From contig BQFW01000012.1 in assembly GCA_020891255.1 (NCBI GenBank), positions 1,922,001-1,986,000 on the forward strand: 64,000 nt of DNA, in the 5' to 3' direction. The position numbers and the translations under genes were made by a program. Below are positions 13,062 to 26,000 of the stretch, piece after piece (positions within the stretch are counted from its first letter, which is position 1; every line of letters starts with the position of its first letter). The notes below the pieces were generated by a model. That model was not told the DNA's origin. It searched no databases and saw nothing but the letters and a program-made list of their open reading frames with translations. The DNA is from Entomortierella parvispora E1425. Lineage: Eukaryota > Fungi > Mortierellomycota.

Positions 13062-14330
13062 ATGGTTGGTCACGTGTAGTGATAGGAGACTTCGCATCCA
13101 TGGGCGACAACCAGCACCACAACCATCCATCATCAGGAGCAGTGCAATCGACATATCTGACACCATAATCCGACATGGTATTCTGGGCGGAGGACTCATC
13201 CGTGACAGGAAATCGACCATTTACTCTGATTCCGCATCCATGCAAAGTTGAAGGCATGCGAGATGCTGCGTTCGAAGTCCTTTTTCTGCAAATTCAATCA
13301 GTAACCGGAACAAAGGGCTACATGCTGGAGATTTGCAAACCCACTTCAGCATGGAATCTTTGGAACAGACATCGATCAGAATCCATGTGGAGACTTTGAT
13401 CTCGATTAAGAGATCTTGAAATCATTGATTGGGGCCATTCAACAATGCCTGCAGGAAAATCTCTTGCAATCTTACAGTAGACAGTGAAATACAATCAGGA
13501 CAGAACATTGATTACAGGAGATATTCCATCAACAAACGACAGATTCTTCCTGATTCTCTGAAGCAAATCAAAGAGATGAAAGATGAAGAGACTAACATCA
13601 TCTTTGAACCATCTCATCTTTTGTAGTTGGCTGTCGACCTTTTGAACCCTTCCCACGCTCTTGAGCAGAAGACCCACAAGTTGAAGAGACTCGTACAGTC
13701 TCCCAACTCCTACTTCATGGACGTCAAGTGCCCTGTAAGTCAACACGCCTACTCACGCCTATTCGGAATTTTTCGTACAAGTTACAGGATGGAAGATTAC
13801 ATTCACTATGAAATATACAGAAGCTGCTGGCAACCTGGACGAGAAAAGGAGCTACCAACGATCCGATCCTGGGACTTTTTTTTTTTTGATATCCATGGAA
13901 TTTAAAGTGTCGATTTGTTACAACACATCTGCTGCGGCAACCTCCTTGATCGCACCCATATTCAACCCCAAACGATTTGTGCAACACACCAGGAATACTT
14001 CAAAACAGGACTTGGAATGATGCACCTTAGAGACTTACACATCCGATCTGCCCTCTTGGCACTCTTTTACATTATTTTTGACAATAGGGATGCGTCCAGA
14101 TCACCACCGTCTTCTCCCACGCCCAGACCGTCGTCATGTGCTCCAGCTGCGCCAACGTTCTTGCCCAGCCCACCGGAGGTATCACCCGCTTGACTGAGGG
14201 TAAGTTGATCTTGCGGACTGCGCTTCTCATCTTGGTGCATGTGTAAATATTCCTACTGCCAACTGTATATTGACCTCCTGTACCACTTTTGTTGTATCTA
14301 GGCTGCTCCTTCCGCCGCAAGCAGGCTTAA
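13062..14330 (+). CDS. RPS27: 40S ribosomal protein S27; exons 13062-13064, 13627-13734, 14088-14199, 14302-14330
   Basis: Spliced product [77 protein letters not shown] with canonical GT-AG introns. The ATG-only first exon is inferred. Confidence 0.95.
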
Positions 14331-14716
14331 GCGCTTGTTCTCCAAATGTTTTTTCATGCAATAAACAGCAGGATCAATTCTTTTGAGCGCTATGAGACTG
14401 TCCCATTGATCTAATGAAAGTGTACTTTACCTCGGCGAATTAGCTAGCTCTATCGTCCGATCCAGAGGAAGATCGGCCATTGAGTGTAGGTAGTAAGGAA
14501 CATTGCAGTAGGTGAAAAGGACCGAACGGCACAGCAATCCAAGTTTGGGTCTTTGCTTGGATGATTTTGATTGGCCACTGAATCAGGCAGTGCAAGGCTG
14601 CAGATGGATTGTCCTTTCGCCTGCTGATCGCACCAATGTCTCTGTCTTGCTCCATTCGCCTCATTTCATTGTCTTCTTTCACTACCACCGCAACCTATCT
14701 CACTCTTACTCACGTC

Positions 14717-16236
14717 ATGAGTTACGAGTACATCCTACTCGCTGCAGCCATCATCGTGCCCCTTGGTGTCTTTGGCATCTTCAAGGGCGGCAATTCGACC
14801 CCTCACCCACTCGCCACAAAGTCATCCCTTCCTGGAGCATTCGGCGACAGCTCCCCTTCAAAATCCAAAAAGAAGAAGCAAAAGAAAAAGTCCGGGGCTG
14901 CCAAGAGCTCGACATTGTCAGAAAAGCAAGAGGAATCTGAAGAGTCTGAAACTGAGGTAGCCGTTGCTCCCACTCCAGCATCAAAGAAGGAAACACGCGT
15001 CGAGACACTCTCCAAAAAGTCAACGGCCAAGGAAACAAAAGGATCCGCTGGTAATGGAACCGCTAACAAAAAGCCCAACCCCACTGTCGAGGCTTCAAAG
15101 TCCAAGAACCCGGCATCGGCTGTGCAATCGCCTGCAGCTCCTTCCAAGACCATCACCCAAGACCTCAACAAGAGCGATGACAAGAAGGCTAACGCGGCCA
15201 ACAACACCAACAAACCGGCTTCCGTAGAGAACTGGAAGAAACAGAAACAGGAGCAAAACAAGGAGCTTTTGGCCAAACAGCAGGAACAGTTGCGATTTGC
15301 TGCGGCTGCGGCTAAAAACGCTACCCATTCTTCTTCATCCCCCAACATTACTTCCATTCCTGGACCAGGCGCCATGGGAAACAACAAGAAAAAGAATCGC
15401 AGCAATGCCTCTGCTGGATTGTCCCATGCAGAGTTCCCCGCTCTTGGAACGCCAGAGCCAAAGCAACCCAAACCAAAGATCGCCAAACCACCAGCACATG
15501 CAAAGGTGACAACCCAGGTCGTAAAGGAAGAGAGTGAAGAAGAGCCAAGTGAGGAAGAGGAGGTGTCTGAGGAGGAGCCTGATCAGGAAGAGGAAGAGGA
15601 GGAATGGACTTCAGTGGAAAAGTCGACACCACCAGCAAGATCTGGCGGAATTGACTTCAATAAGCCCATGGATCCTTGGGTTGCGCAACAACAACAGCAA
15701 AAGCTTGAGCGGATTGCAGCAGCCGATCCTCACGGAGAGCACACGACACAGTTTGCACGCGTTTTGTCTATCAAGCCTACAGTGAAGGAAGAGCGTATCC
15801 GCGAGGCGATCCCCGATGGGTTCTCTACTCAGAAGTGTAAGTTATCGTGGTAAACGATGATTACAGATTTGGAGTGACCGATCTGACCATATCTCAAAAA
15901 CTTCCCCATCTAGCTCGCTCGTCAGGATCGTCAGGAGGATTCAGCCAGTCCCAGTCTGCAGAGATCACCAAGAAGCAACGCGAGAACCTCGCTAAAGCGG
16001 CCAAAAGGAAAGAAGAAAAGGCTGCTCAGGATGCCCTTCAGGAACAGAGGCGACTCGAGCACATGCGCCAAGTCAAGGCAGAAAAGATGAAAGAGTTCTA
16101 TAGAGCACAGAGTAAGAAGCAGGCGCCGGTCGAGTCCCGCTGGACTGCACCCAAGGAGACAGGGCCCTCGTCATCTGCTGTGAGTGGTGGTATGTCATCC
16201 CAGGTGAACGAGAAGGGCCAGTTGATTTGGGATTGA
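14717..16236 (+). CDS. Hypothetical protein: N-terminal TM anchor, Lys/Ser/Glu-rich, C-terminal coiled coil; intron 15837-15913
   Basis: ORFs 14609-15853 and 15847-16236 join in frame through GTAAGT...CTAG; hydrophobic MSYEYILLAAAIIVPLG start. Confidence 0.75.
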
Positions 16237-16405
16237 AAACATACAATAAATATATTCAAGATTTTTTTTTTTTACTATTTATTTTCGTTTTTCTCTCTTG
16301 CTTTTGCCTGTGTCTCTCATGATCTCACCTTTGTCTTTCACCTCATTTCATCGGCAATCGCAACAACTGCCAGAGCAACACGACCAACAGAGACGATCGG
16401 CATCG

Positions 16406-19400
16406 ATGGACATTGACGACGAGCCTGAAGAAGATTCCGTCGAGCTGGTAGCTGAACCGGTATGGATCTTGACATTGCAATATTGCACGTTGAGTAATTG
16501 CTGGAATTAACCTGCAAGTGGCTCAGCAGGAAGGGAATGCAGAGGGACAGAGCCTGTAGATCATGAATTCACGACCAACCACGACTCATTCACCGTTTTG
16601 TGCGCTTCTACTTTGTAGCCCATTCACCGCTTTCTCCACTGCTCTAAAGCAATGCTGCCCAGGTAAGCGGAGAGACGAACAACAGGAGGAAGGGATAAAA
16701 AATAAAAAATAAAAATCGACCCCTGCACTGCGGCCTGACATGCCAAAGAAAGTGGTCCACTCATGGAGCCAGAGGCGACTGTCAACAACAACACTCTAAC
16801 AGCCTCTACCTCCTGATAGTCCTTTTGCAAAGAAGCAAGGGAAGGGTGTCCCTATAGACGTGCCCACCGCGGAACGTCGGCAGTCCTCATATCACCCGTC
16901 ATATACCTCAGCACTAGTCACAGGAGCAAGAGATAATAATGGTGGCGTTTATGGAAAGAAATCAAATGCCCCCTTGAGGAAAATGTCTCCAACGAAAGGC
17001 AACCACGGAGGTAAGATCGTCAGGACAGCAAAAAGGACTTTGAACGTGTGCCCCGGGTTCTTACTCAAGTTGCCACCAAAAAATATCACCCCTTTCTTTG
17101 TGCTACCAAACTCAGAGAAGAAAAGAACTTGCTAAAAAAACCTATCTTTCAACTCCTCTAGACTTTGCTATAGTTGGAAAGGCACCAGGATACGAAGATT
17201 CTGGGAAACGGGAGGGGAAAAAGGTACGAGACATAATATATTCAACCACCCTGCATGACCTCCTATTCTTTCTCAACTAACATTGGTCAATCAAAAATCG
17301 CGTCCTTTTGTAGTTGCCAATTTCCGACACTGCCCGCACGGATGACAATGAAAAACGAGGTATTGCTGGATACAATATGTGCAAGAGTGTGGCTGACATA
17401 AGAAAACTACAGTGCTAACAGGAGACCTACCCCATTTAGTAGATCAACCATTGGCAAAGCGGAAAAAACTCGACCTTGTCAATTCGACGTCAGCCTCTGC
17501 TCCAGTTGGCTCTATGGTTTCCCAGCTGAAAAAACATGTGAGTTGAAGTTCATCGCCTCCTTTGGTTGGGCTTTACGATAACTTGGCGGACTGAGACGAC
17601 CTCTCATTTTTAACTAGAATGCAAGCTCTACATTGGCATTACAAAAAGAGAGGATCGGGGACAGTACAGCGGCCAAAACTGCAAAGCCCTCATCAACAAA
17701 CATCTCAGTAGCCTCGTCCAACATTTCAAAAACTCAACAACCCAGATTGGGAGGTATCAGGAAACCAGGCATTACCTCACCTTTGACAGAAAAGGCGAAG
17801 CAACTCGGCTCTGGCGTATTCACACAAATCAAACTGGAGTCTGTATGGATAGCAGATGTCAAGCAATATTCGTTCCCTGATATGTGGATGCAGTTTGCCC
17901 CTGGAAAAATTGTTATAAATATCGACGGCAATCCAACCACTATTTTACACAAGGATATCCGGGTTGCCAAGGTACGAACAACCTTTTCCTGAACAGGATG
18001 GAAATATTGCCACAGTCCCTTCCACTATTAAGGCACCTTATTCTGACAGTACTCTTTCTTATGGTATGGCAATAGTGCTTTCCTTACTTAGGAGAATACA
18101 AGATAAGTCTTTCAACCAAAAGCAAACTCCATCGGTCCTCGATTCTGGCAGAACGGTACGATCCCGCGGGAGAACTCGACACTTTGAATCTCACCGTTCT
18201 GTCATCATCGCGCATCAAGGTGAAGGAATGGATGCGAAAACTTGCAATGGAAGAAACTCGGCTCGTTGCTCAGCCCGTCTCGTAAGGAATTGTGGAAACA
18301 GTTCAAGAATATATCTGCCAGGGGATGATCATCTCTGATTGTTTGGCTTTTTTTTTTATCCTCCATAGACCTTTGGACAAGTCGGACAAAATAATATTGG
18401 CGGAAAAAAGGTGCGTTATCTTTCTTCTCTGCCATGTCAGCTACACATATCACTCGATCGATGTTCTAACATCCCCTCTTTGTCTGACATGTAGTCCCTC
18501 CGTCGCTGCTCCAACTTCTTCTCCTCCTTCGCCGACCTCAACTTCCGCTGCTACTTCGCCCTCTCCTCTAGCACGTCGCTTCAAATCCGATGAGATGTAC
18601 TATTGCTATTCCCATATTTCTCATATTCGCGCGTGTAGATCAACCCAGACTCCTTGTTTGCTGATGTTCATATGTCCTGAATCTAGGCTCTTCACATACC
18701 CCTTTAAAGTCATTGGGCGATCGAAGCAAATTGCTGTACAGTCTGAGGATTTATCACGACTGGACGATGGCGAATTTCTAAATGATACCATCATTGAGTT
18801 TGGGCATAAGTAAGATCCACTACCCTCGTCTGAAGGATGAAGTAGGAATAGAAGTTGACTGACCCCTGTATGCCTCCTCTTTACTCTCGGTGTATTTAGA
18901 TATATTCACACCAACCTTGAGAAGTCTAACCCCGAGGTCGCCCACCAAACCTACATCTTTAATACATTCTTCTATCAGCGGCTTGTCTCAAAACCATGGT
19001 AAGCGTTTGTAGCTCTGGCACAGCAAAATGATGGGGGTAGGCACCCCAATATGAACATTTTTTTCTCCCTTCTTTGTCATCTACTAGGACCGGGAAATAT
19101 TGTTCCTACGATGCAGTGAAGAGTTGGACAAACAGGGTTGATATATTTTCAAAAAAATATCTCATTATCCCCATCCACGAAAAGTATGACCCTCCTACGT
19201 TCTTTCTCCTGTCAACCTTGAAACCCCTTTCGGTGATTTTTTTCTGACTGCAGGGCACTCTCTTTCTGAACTACACTAGTTTACATTGGTACCTTGCTAT
19301 CATCACGAATCCAGGACTTCTACTTGAACAACGACCCGCTGCAGAATCCACGGAATCAAGTCCTGGTGGAGATCCGGAACTGAGTCCTCTTGTTGGGTCG

Positions 19401-20223
19401 AAACTGAATCCAGCAACTCAACCTAATGGAGACAAAGATATCGGAGCGGACCCTGAGAATGGCGATGTGCTTAATGGTGATGATGCTCGCAGCGAGAACT
19501 CCAATCACGCATCACCCTCGGGCTCTTCCCTGTTAGACAACCCCAAGGTTTTGAATGAATCGGGAAAAAACAAGAACGAAGACAAGCCACCATCGAACGG
19601 TACCTTGGACGAGCGGTTGCAATCGAAAAGAAAGTTGCGCTCAGCTTCAGCGATTCCTTTGGATCCTGATGAACGGTAAGCGAGCAGACAGCTTCTGAGT
19701 TTCTTCTCTTCCATGAACAGCTTTTTAATTATTTTCAAACGGGTATTACCATAGGCCCTACATTATTGTTTTGGACTCTATCGACGGTTATCATTCTGGA
19801 GTTTTCAAGACACTCCGGTCATATCTACAGCAAGAACTTCTGACGCGTAAAATGGTTGACAAGAACATTGGATCCGCCGAGATTGGGGGAAAATACGCGT
19901 CGAAATGCCCCAAACAGCAGAACCATTGCGACTGCGGCCTATATGTACTGCATTATTCTGAAGTGTTTCTCCAAAGACCTGGCCTCCTTTTGGATGGGAT
20001 TTTGGTAAGACTCGAGTCCCCTCCCGCGAACAGATAAGCGGTTTTATCATGTATATCGTTTCTGACCAACGTCATTTCTTTTTTACAGAACAAATTCGAT
20101 GGCGACAGCATGTGGAATTCGAGTGATTTGCCAAAGAAGCGTGAACATTATCGGAAGATCGTCTTAGATATTGCCGACCAATACCGGGAGCAACTTCATC
20201 CGACCGACCAGCAGAAACCATAG
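16406..20223 (+). CDS. ULP2: Ulp2/SENP6-7-type SUMO protease (peptidase C48), many introns; 5' exons uncertain
   Basis: Exon peptides EDLSRLDDGEFLNDTIIEF, YIFNTFFYQRL, VKSWTNRVDIFSKKYLIIPIHE, HWYLAII, IIVLDSI and PKQQNHCDCGLYVLHY give the His-Asp-Gln-Cys catalytic set. The start coordinate is approximate. Confidence 0.85.
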
Positions 20224-20346
20224 GATTCTGTAGATCATGACATCCTACCAGCAGCGTCTTGAGAACCTTTCCCGCCCCCCTCTTCTCTCAGTCACATTGT
20301 AAAATATAGCGTAGCGTAAAACCTCAAGTTGTTTCTATATTGAAGT

Positions 20347-22716
20347 CTATAATGGTGATGCTCCTTGCACTTCTGTTTCTCCCTGCACTTGTGTTATAAC
20401 TGCGGCAGGCTCATCGGCCGGATCCACTGCTGCTGTTTCGGCTGCTGTTTCCTCTGCTGCTTCTGTGTTTGTCTCGGTATCTAGCTTTGTCTCTGCCTCT
20501 GGTTGGGGTACTGCTGCTGATTCGGCCAGGCTCTCTTCCTCCTTCACCTTGTCTGCCTTCAATGTTTTCTCTTCCTCGTCATCATCCTCGAGCACGGGAT
20601 GAGGGACCAAACCACCGTAGATACCCTCATCAAAACACTTTAGGATATAGTCTTGAACAGCGCGCTTGTAAACCACCAAGAACCCGTCCATAATCTGCTG
20701 CTCACTCAACACCACCGACCCTTCCATCCCTTGCAATCGGAACGGAGCTACAGAGGATGCCGATGAGTTGGACTCTGCGTCCTGGGTATGGTGTCCGTTA
20801 GACAGACCTGGGTGAGAGTGACCATTCAATGCCTGATCTTTCTTGTGGTTCTTCAAGAGTCGCGAACGGAAAGCAAGTGCGGCGGAGGGGGTGCCACGGC
20901 GGTCTCCAAAGATGAACCGATCGTATTCTTCCAGAGCCATATCCACCCGAGTTAAACTCTCGATGAGGATCTGGCGCAACGGCATCGCAACAGCCAACGG
21001 GGCCAACAATCGGAGAGAATTAAGGGCGGAGAGGTACGCGTTCGTGAGGTAAGCCAGGGGAGGGTAATCCATCAAACAGGTCTGTGGGGACATGGAGGTC
21101 GAAGATGCGCCGGCCTCACCGTTCGCTCCTGTTCCTGTACGAGTGAGTGTTGGTGACGATGAAGAGGACGTCGGTGCCCTTCCTGTGCTACCCAACATCC
21201 AATGACTGGGCAAGGACCAATCCGGGAAATTCTTGCCCTCGCCCCCAAGACTCTCCAAAAAGTCCTCGGCGCCTCTCTCGAATTGTCCGCCCACGACTCG
21301 GACCACGGCTTCTTCGAAAAGAGAGGTGACCAGGTACCGAAGATCGAATCCAATCTTGGCCATGTTCGCTCCCAGATACATCAACTGCGTCAGGACCGAA
21401 GACAGGGCAGAGGTATCGTGGATCTGAGGGATGTGGGTGTGCAACATCTGGAGCAAGGTCTGGGTCCTATACGTCACAAAGTCGGCCAGAAGATTGTCTG
21501 TTGTCCAACAGTGTTGCTTTTGGGACGACGTTGCCGAGGCCGAGGAGGGCAGGGCCTCTGTCGAGGACAGTGATGAAGAAGCCGTGTATGTCGAAGAGCC
21601 AAGTCCTGAATAGCTGTCGACAGAGCCAAAGATACTCCTGTAGTAGGCCATGATGTCAAAGAGACACTCGCGTGTCACATCAATGTACTTTTTCAGGAAC
21701 CCAAACGAATCGCCTTTGTGAAGGACAATCTTGGAGAGTTGAAGGTGCATGTAAAGGCCCCTTGACTTGAGGAACAACATCTTGAGAGGCGTTTCGTCCT
21801 CCGTGACCACACTTGATCCTCGCTGAGCATGTCCTGACGCTGAGGTTGAAGTTGTGGTCGGGTGGCCGTCCTCATCGTCCAAAGCAGCGGCGGCAGTCGA
21901 CAAAGTTCCATTGAAACTTCCGATCCTCCTCAGGAATCCAATGATCCTCAACGCGACTGGCAACTTGATGGGCTCCCTCAACTGGGCCAACAGTTGCACC
22001 AACATCATCTCCTTGCCTTGAGCGACCTTGATCTCAATCTCCTGAATGATTCCAATTCCTGGGTATCTCAAGACCAATCTCTGGACATGACTGGCCAACT
22101 CCAGAGCTTCATTGTAATAGCCATTCCTGACACAGGTTTCCATCAACAACGGAATCTCTAGCACCTCCAAGAGTTGAGAATGCGTGGCTAGGATCGAGGA
22201 AAACACATGCTGTCGCTCCAAGATGGGTGCCACTCGGGCCGATACTCCTGTTAGGGTCTCGACAAACGTTGGGATGGTTTCCTGGAATCGGTCCAAATGC
22301 TGTCCCATCTGCTCAAAGGTCGACTGGACCTCCTGTTTACAGTCCTTGACAAGAATAAAGGCCTTGTAGTCCCGAAACGCCAACTCGGACATGTCCCGCT
22401 CCACCTTAAGTTGCTCCTCCCGTAATTTTTCGGGCTCGTTCTGGAGAGCTCGAGCCGGTAAGGCAGTCAGTCGATTGAGGTAATCCTTGGACCAACTTGT
22501 TGAGAGCATCTCGCGTTTTTGAGTGGGGACCTGTTGGAGGATGAGGTCAAAGAGGGCATCCTGGTCCGTGCTGCTGCTGCCGTGGCTGTTGTTGCTGATG
22601 ATGCCGGGATGGCTGTTGGTATGGCCATGACTGCCATGCTGCGCATCCGGAGACTCGCGTTGATCCCGCGGCGGGTAATGTTCGAATCCCTGAGTGGATG
22701 CTGTGTCCAGGGCCAT
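20347..22716 (-). CDS. COG8: Conserved oligomeric Golgi complex subunit 8 (Dor1 family)
   Basis: Single long ORF with EPEKLREEQ..ELAFRDYKAFI, LLEVLEIPLLMETCVRNGYYNEALEL and LPVALRIIGFLRRI motifs. Confidence 0.92.
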   Translation of the reverse strand: MALDTASTQGFEHYPPRDQRESPDAQHGSHGHTNSHPGIISNNSHGSSSTDQDALFDLILQQVPTQKREMLSTSWSKDYLNRLTALPARALQNEPEKLREEQLKVERDMSELAFRDYKAFILVKDCKQEVQSTFEQMGQHLDRFQETIPTFVETLTGVSARVAPILERQHVFSSILATHSQLLEVLEIPLLMETCVRNGYYNEALELASHVQRLVLRYPGIGIIQEIEIKVAQGKEMMLVQLLAQLREPIKLPVALRIIGFLRRIGSFNGTLSTAAAALDDEDGHPTTTSTSASGHAQRGSSVVTEDETPLKMLFLKSRGLYMHLQLSKIVLHKGDSFGFLKKYIDVTRECLFDIMAYYRSIFGSVDSYSGLGSSTYTASSSLSSTEALPSSASATSSQKQHCWTTDNLLADFVTYRTQTLLQMLHTHIPQIHDTSALSSVLTQLMYLGANMAKIGFDLRYLVTSLFEEAVVRVVGGQFERGAEDFLESLGGEGKNFPDWSLPSHWMLGSTGRAPTSSSSSPTLTRTGTGANGEAGASSTSMSPQTCLMDYPPLAYLTNAYLSALNSLRLLAPLAVAMPLRQILIESLTRVDMALEEYDRFIFGDRRGTPSAALAFRSRLLKNHKKDQALNGHSHPGLSNGHHTQDAESNSSASSVAPFRLQGMEGSVVLSEQQIMDGFLVVYKRAVQDYILKCFDEGIYGGLVPHPVLEDDDEEEKTLKADKVKEEESLAESAAVPQPEAETKLDTETNTEAAEETAAETAAVDPADEPAAVITQVQGETEVQGASPL

Positions 22717-23044
22717 AATGATTAACGCGAAGAGGATGTGAACATGATGTTCAAATGAGGGCAAAAGAAAAAGAAGAAACGTTGTAGCACGTGACTGGTT
22801 GACTGGTTGACTGGTTGGAGCAGGGCGGATTTATTTTACAGGTGAAGAGGTTGAAGTACATGAAAGATGATAGAATTGACGGACAGTAGCCAGTCCTTGT
22901 CAGATGAAAGCACAAGAGGAGAGGTAGTGGATTTCAGTCTGGTTCAAGAAGGACGGATTGACCGACAGAAGTATTAGAAGAAGAGGGTATGAAAGGGTAT
23001 CAGAAAATAAAAATATGACCTAGATGTCGTGCTCTGCGTGTTGT

Positions 23045-26000
23045 TCAGCACGGTGGAGCGCGAGGTGAAATGTACGCTGATTCGGGATAATGTGCCGCCG
23101 CAACTGGGGGTTGCAGCTGGTGGAAGCTCCTAGCAGAACTGGAAGAAGAAGGCGTCTTTGGACCCGAGCGTAAAGAGGCCGTTGAGGAGCTGTCCCTCTT
23201 TTGTTTGGTATGGACCTCAAAGGGAACCCCAACACCATGCCCGCTGTCGATCCCCCCTTGGCTCGAGGTACAGTCGTCCCCTTGTGAGGGCCGCTCGTGA
23301 CCAAAGCCGTAGCCATCGCCCGCTTGCGTGGCATCTGAAAAATCGTGGGTCATTCGGTCCTCAAGGTATGCACTCTGTCTTTGTGTAAGTGGATAATCAT
23401 ACCCCATGCGTCTGGCCAACTGACGCGCGTACTGTTGTCGCAAATCGTCATCAGTGTAGCCCTGATAATTGACAGTGTCCACTGAGAAATTCTCGTGAAG
23501 AACCTGCATGGGCTCGTCCATAGTGATTCGAGGGTTGTTGATCTCTGAATGAGTACGGCCATAGAGGATATAGACCAGGAGGCCAACAGCCATCCACACC
23601 AGCAATCGGATAATGGCCTCACGTTTCGCGCCTTGAAGTAGCAACAACGAACTGGCAGCGCCAATACCAGGCACAATAAAAGGACCTATGTGATGGAAAA
23701 AATGCAAATGGGATTAAAATCCATCCTCAACCTTTCTTACTGTCCATTACTGTAGTTTGCAAAAAAAGGTATTTACCTCCTGGGACCTTGAACCTCCGCG
23801 GGACAGTTTTTCGGGTATATCGTAAAATAATCACCCCAATGTTGACAACAAAGTAGGCAAAAATGGTTCCAACAGAAGATATATCACTGAGGACCGATAT
23901 TGGCAAAAGTCCTCCGCAAATTGCACAAATAACTCCAGAAACCAAGGTGCCCACATATGGAGTCTATGGCCAGAAACAAAAGTGAAATTAGCGACTCCTC
24001 CAAAAAGCCACCTCTCGTGTGTCACTAGTCAAATAAGTGTTATATTACCTTGTACTTTGGGTGCACTTTGGCAAAGAAGCGGGGAATCAATCCGTCATTT
24101 GCCATAGCGTAAAAGACACGGGGCTGCGAGATTAACAAGACAAGGATGACAGATGTGGTCGCCGCAAGGGCTCCGAGCTCTGTCAACACCACTAGCCAGA
24201 GCATGCCTGTTTGACGGGCTGCGTCGGTCACCGGAGAGCTTCCAGACAGGTTGCTGTAGTTCAGCACACCAACCGTTACAACGCTATTAGTGATAAGGGT
24301 TTTGGTTGGTTAACAAGGAACCAGACACGTATTTTCTCATGTTCAACGTAAGGACAATTGAACTTGCCTGATGCCGACATAAAGAATAGAGCTGGTAACA
24401 ATTGTGGCCATGATACCGATGGGCAAATTGACTTGAGGATCCTTTGCTTCCTGTGCCGTCGTGCTGATACTGTCGAATCCAATATAAGCAAAGAACACAG
24501 TTGAGGCGCCCGCCAGCATCCCAGAGACTCCAAACTCTCCATTGGCGTTCAGGGGTGGAATGTATGGATGGTAGTTCTCTGTCTTGACAAATGGAACCAT
24601 GGCAAAAATGACGATGACGAGCGCGATGACCTTGAATATTACAAGGAAGTTGTTGATCCTTGCTGTCAAGTGGATGCCAAAGTAAATGGTCGTCGAGACT
24701 ACAACGGAAATGAAGAAAGCTGGGGCGTTGAAATAGTCGCCAGTATAAGAAAAGTTCCCTCCGTCCCATGTGATGGGTGCATTGACCCATTGTTTCGCGA
24801 GGGTGACATGGAACGCATCTTGAAAGAAGGCGACCATGTAGCTAGACCAGCCTACTGACACGGTAGCAGCACCCACGAGATATTCGAGGATGAGGTCCCA
24901 ACCAATAATCCAGGCAGCCAACTCCCCTATTGACGCGTACGCGTATGTGTATGCTGATCCAGCGATGGGGATCATGGACGCCATCTCAGCGTAGGACAGT
25001 GCTGCAATTCCAGAAACAAATCCTCCTAGGATAAAGGATATTGTTACGGATGGACCCGCTTGTGAGGATGCAGCGGTGCCTGTAATTAAGGCAAGATGAC
25101 GCATGTAAGTAAGCAACATGCATTGCTCAGTCAAGTGACAAAACTGTACAAGGAAAGAGTACAGACAGAGGGAGAGCACTGGTCCAAAAAATGCATTCTA
25201 CTCACCCATCAACACAAACACGCCTGTTCCAATCACTGCACCTATGAGTCGTATTCACGAAAGAACGGGGCAACATTGTCAGGTTAGTGGCAGGACGATA
25301 GAACGTTTCTCGACAACAGAATGCTGTCCAGTTTTGGGGCTCTGGACTGATTGCTTTGTCATAGTGCAACCGTTTTGGTGACACCCACAAAGACTCGCCT
25401 GTATGCCCAATCTCTCAATATCCTTCACTCAATTCCATCGCACTAGAACCATTAAGCATTCAAGGCGAGATAGCTTGGGTGTTACCCAAAAACTCAAAAA
25501 TAAGAAACAAACGCAGAGACCCGACAAGATGGTAATGGGCGCATTGAGGAGAGGGGTTTGTGCATTGAAGCAACAGGCCTGCTTGGGCCGGGGGGTGTTG
25601 GAACAAAAAAAAAGAAGAGCTGGCATGAAAAGTGGGGAGAACAGAGAGAGATTGCGAGATGTTTGTTGTCTGGGCGCAACGCAGAACAAAGATGGTTGGT
25701 GCCCATAGAAAACACATGCAACCAACAGCACGAAGAGCTCTGATTGGGGAGGGGAACAGGGGATTGGTGTTACTCATCTATCAGTCGTGTTTGAGTGTTC
25801 GAGCATCGTTTTCCACCAAACCGGCAGGGTGCTGCAGACCTGGAGCCGCTGGATGCGAGGGTCTAATAGGCAGACCAGGATCTAGGCACACACCGCAAGG
25901 CACAACTCCCTCTCCCCTTTCTTATTTTTTGCTCTGAAAGTCCATGGGGGTCAAGAAAAATCCACCCCCCCCCCCCTCGATTTGCTCAATGCAGTCCATG

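Noticed and set aside
13065-14087. C/D box snoRNAs in RPS27 introns
   Set aside because: No properly spaced RTGATGA...CTGA pair with a terminal stem was seen.
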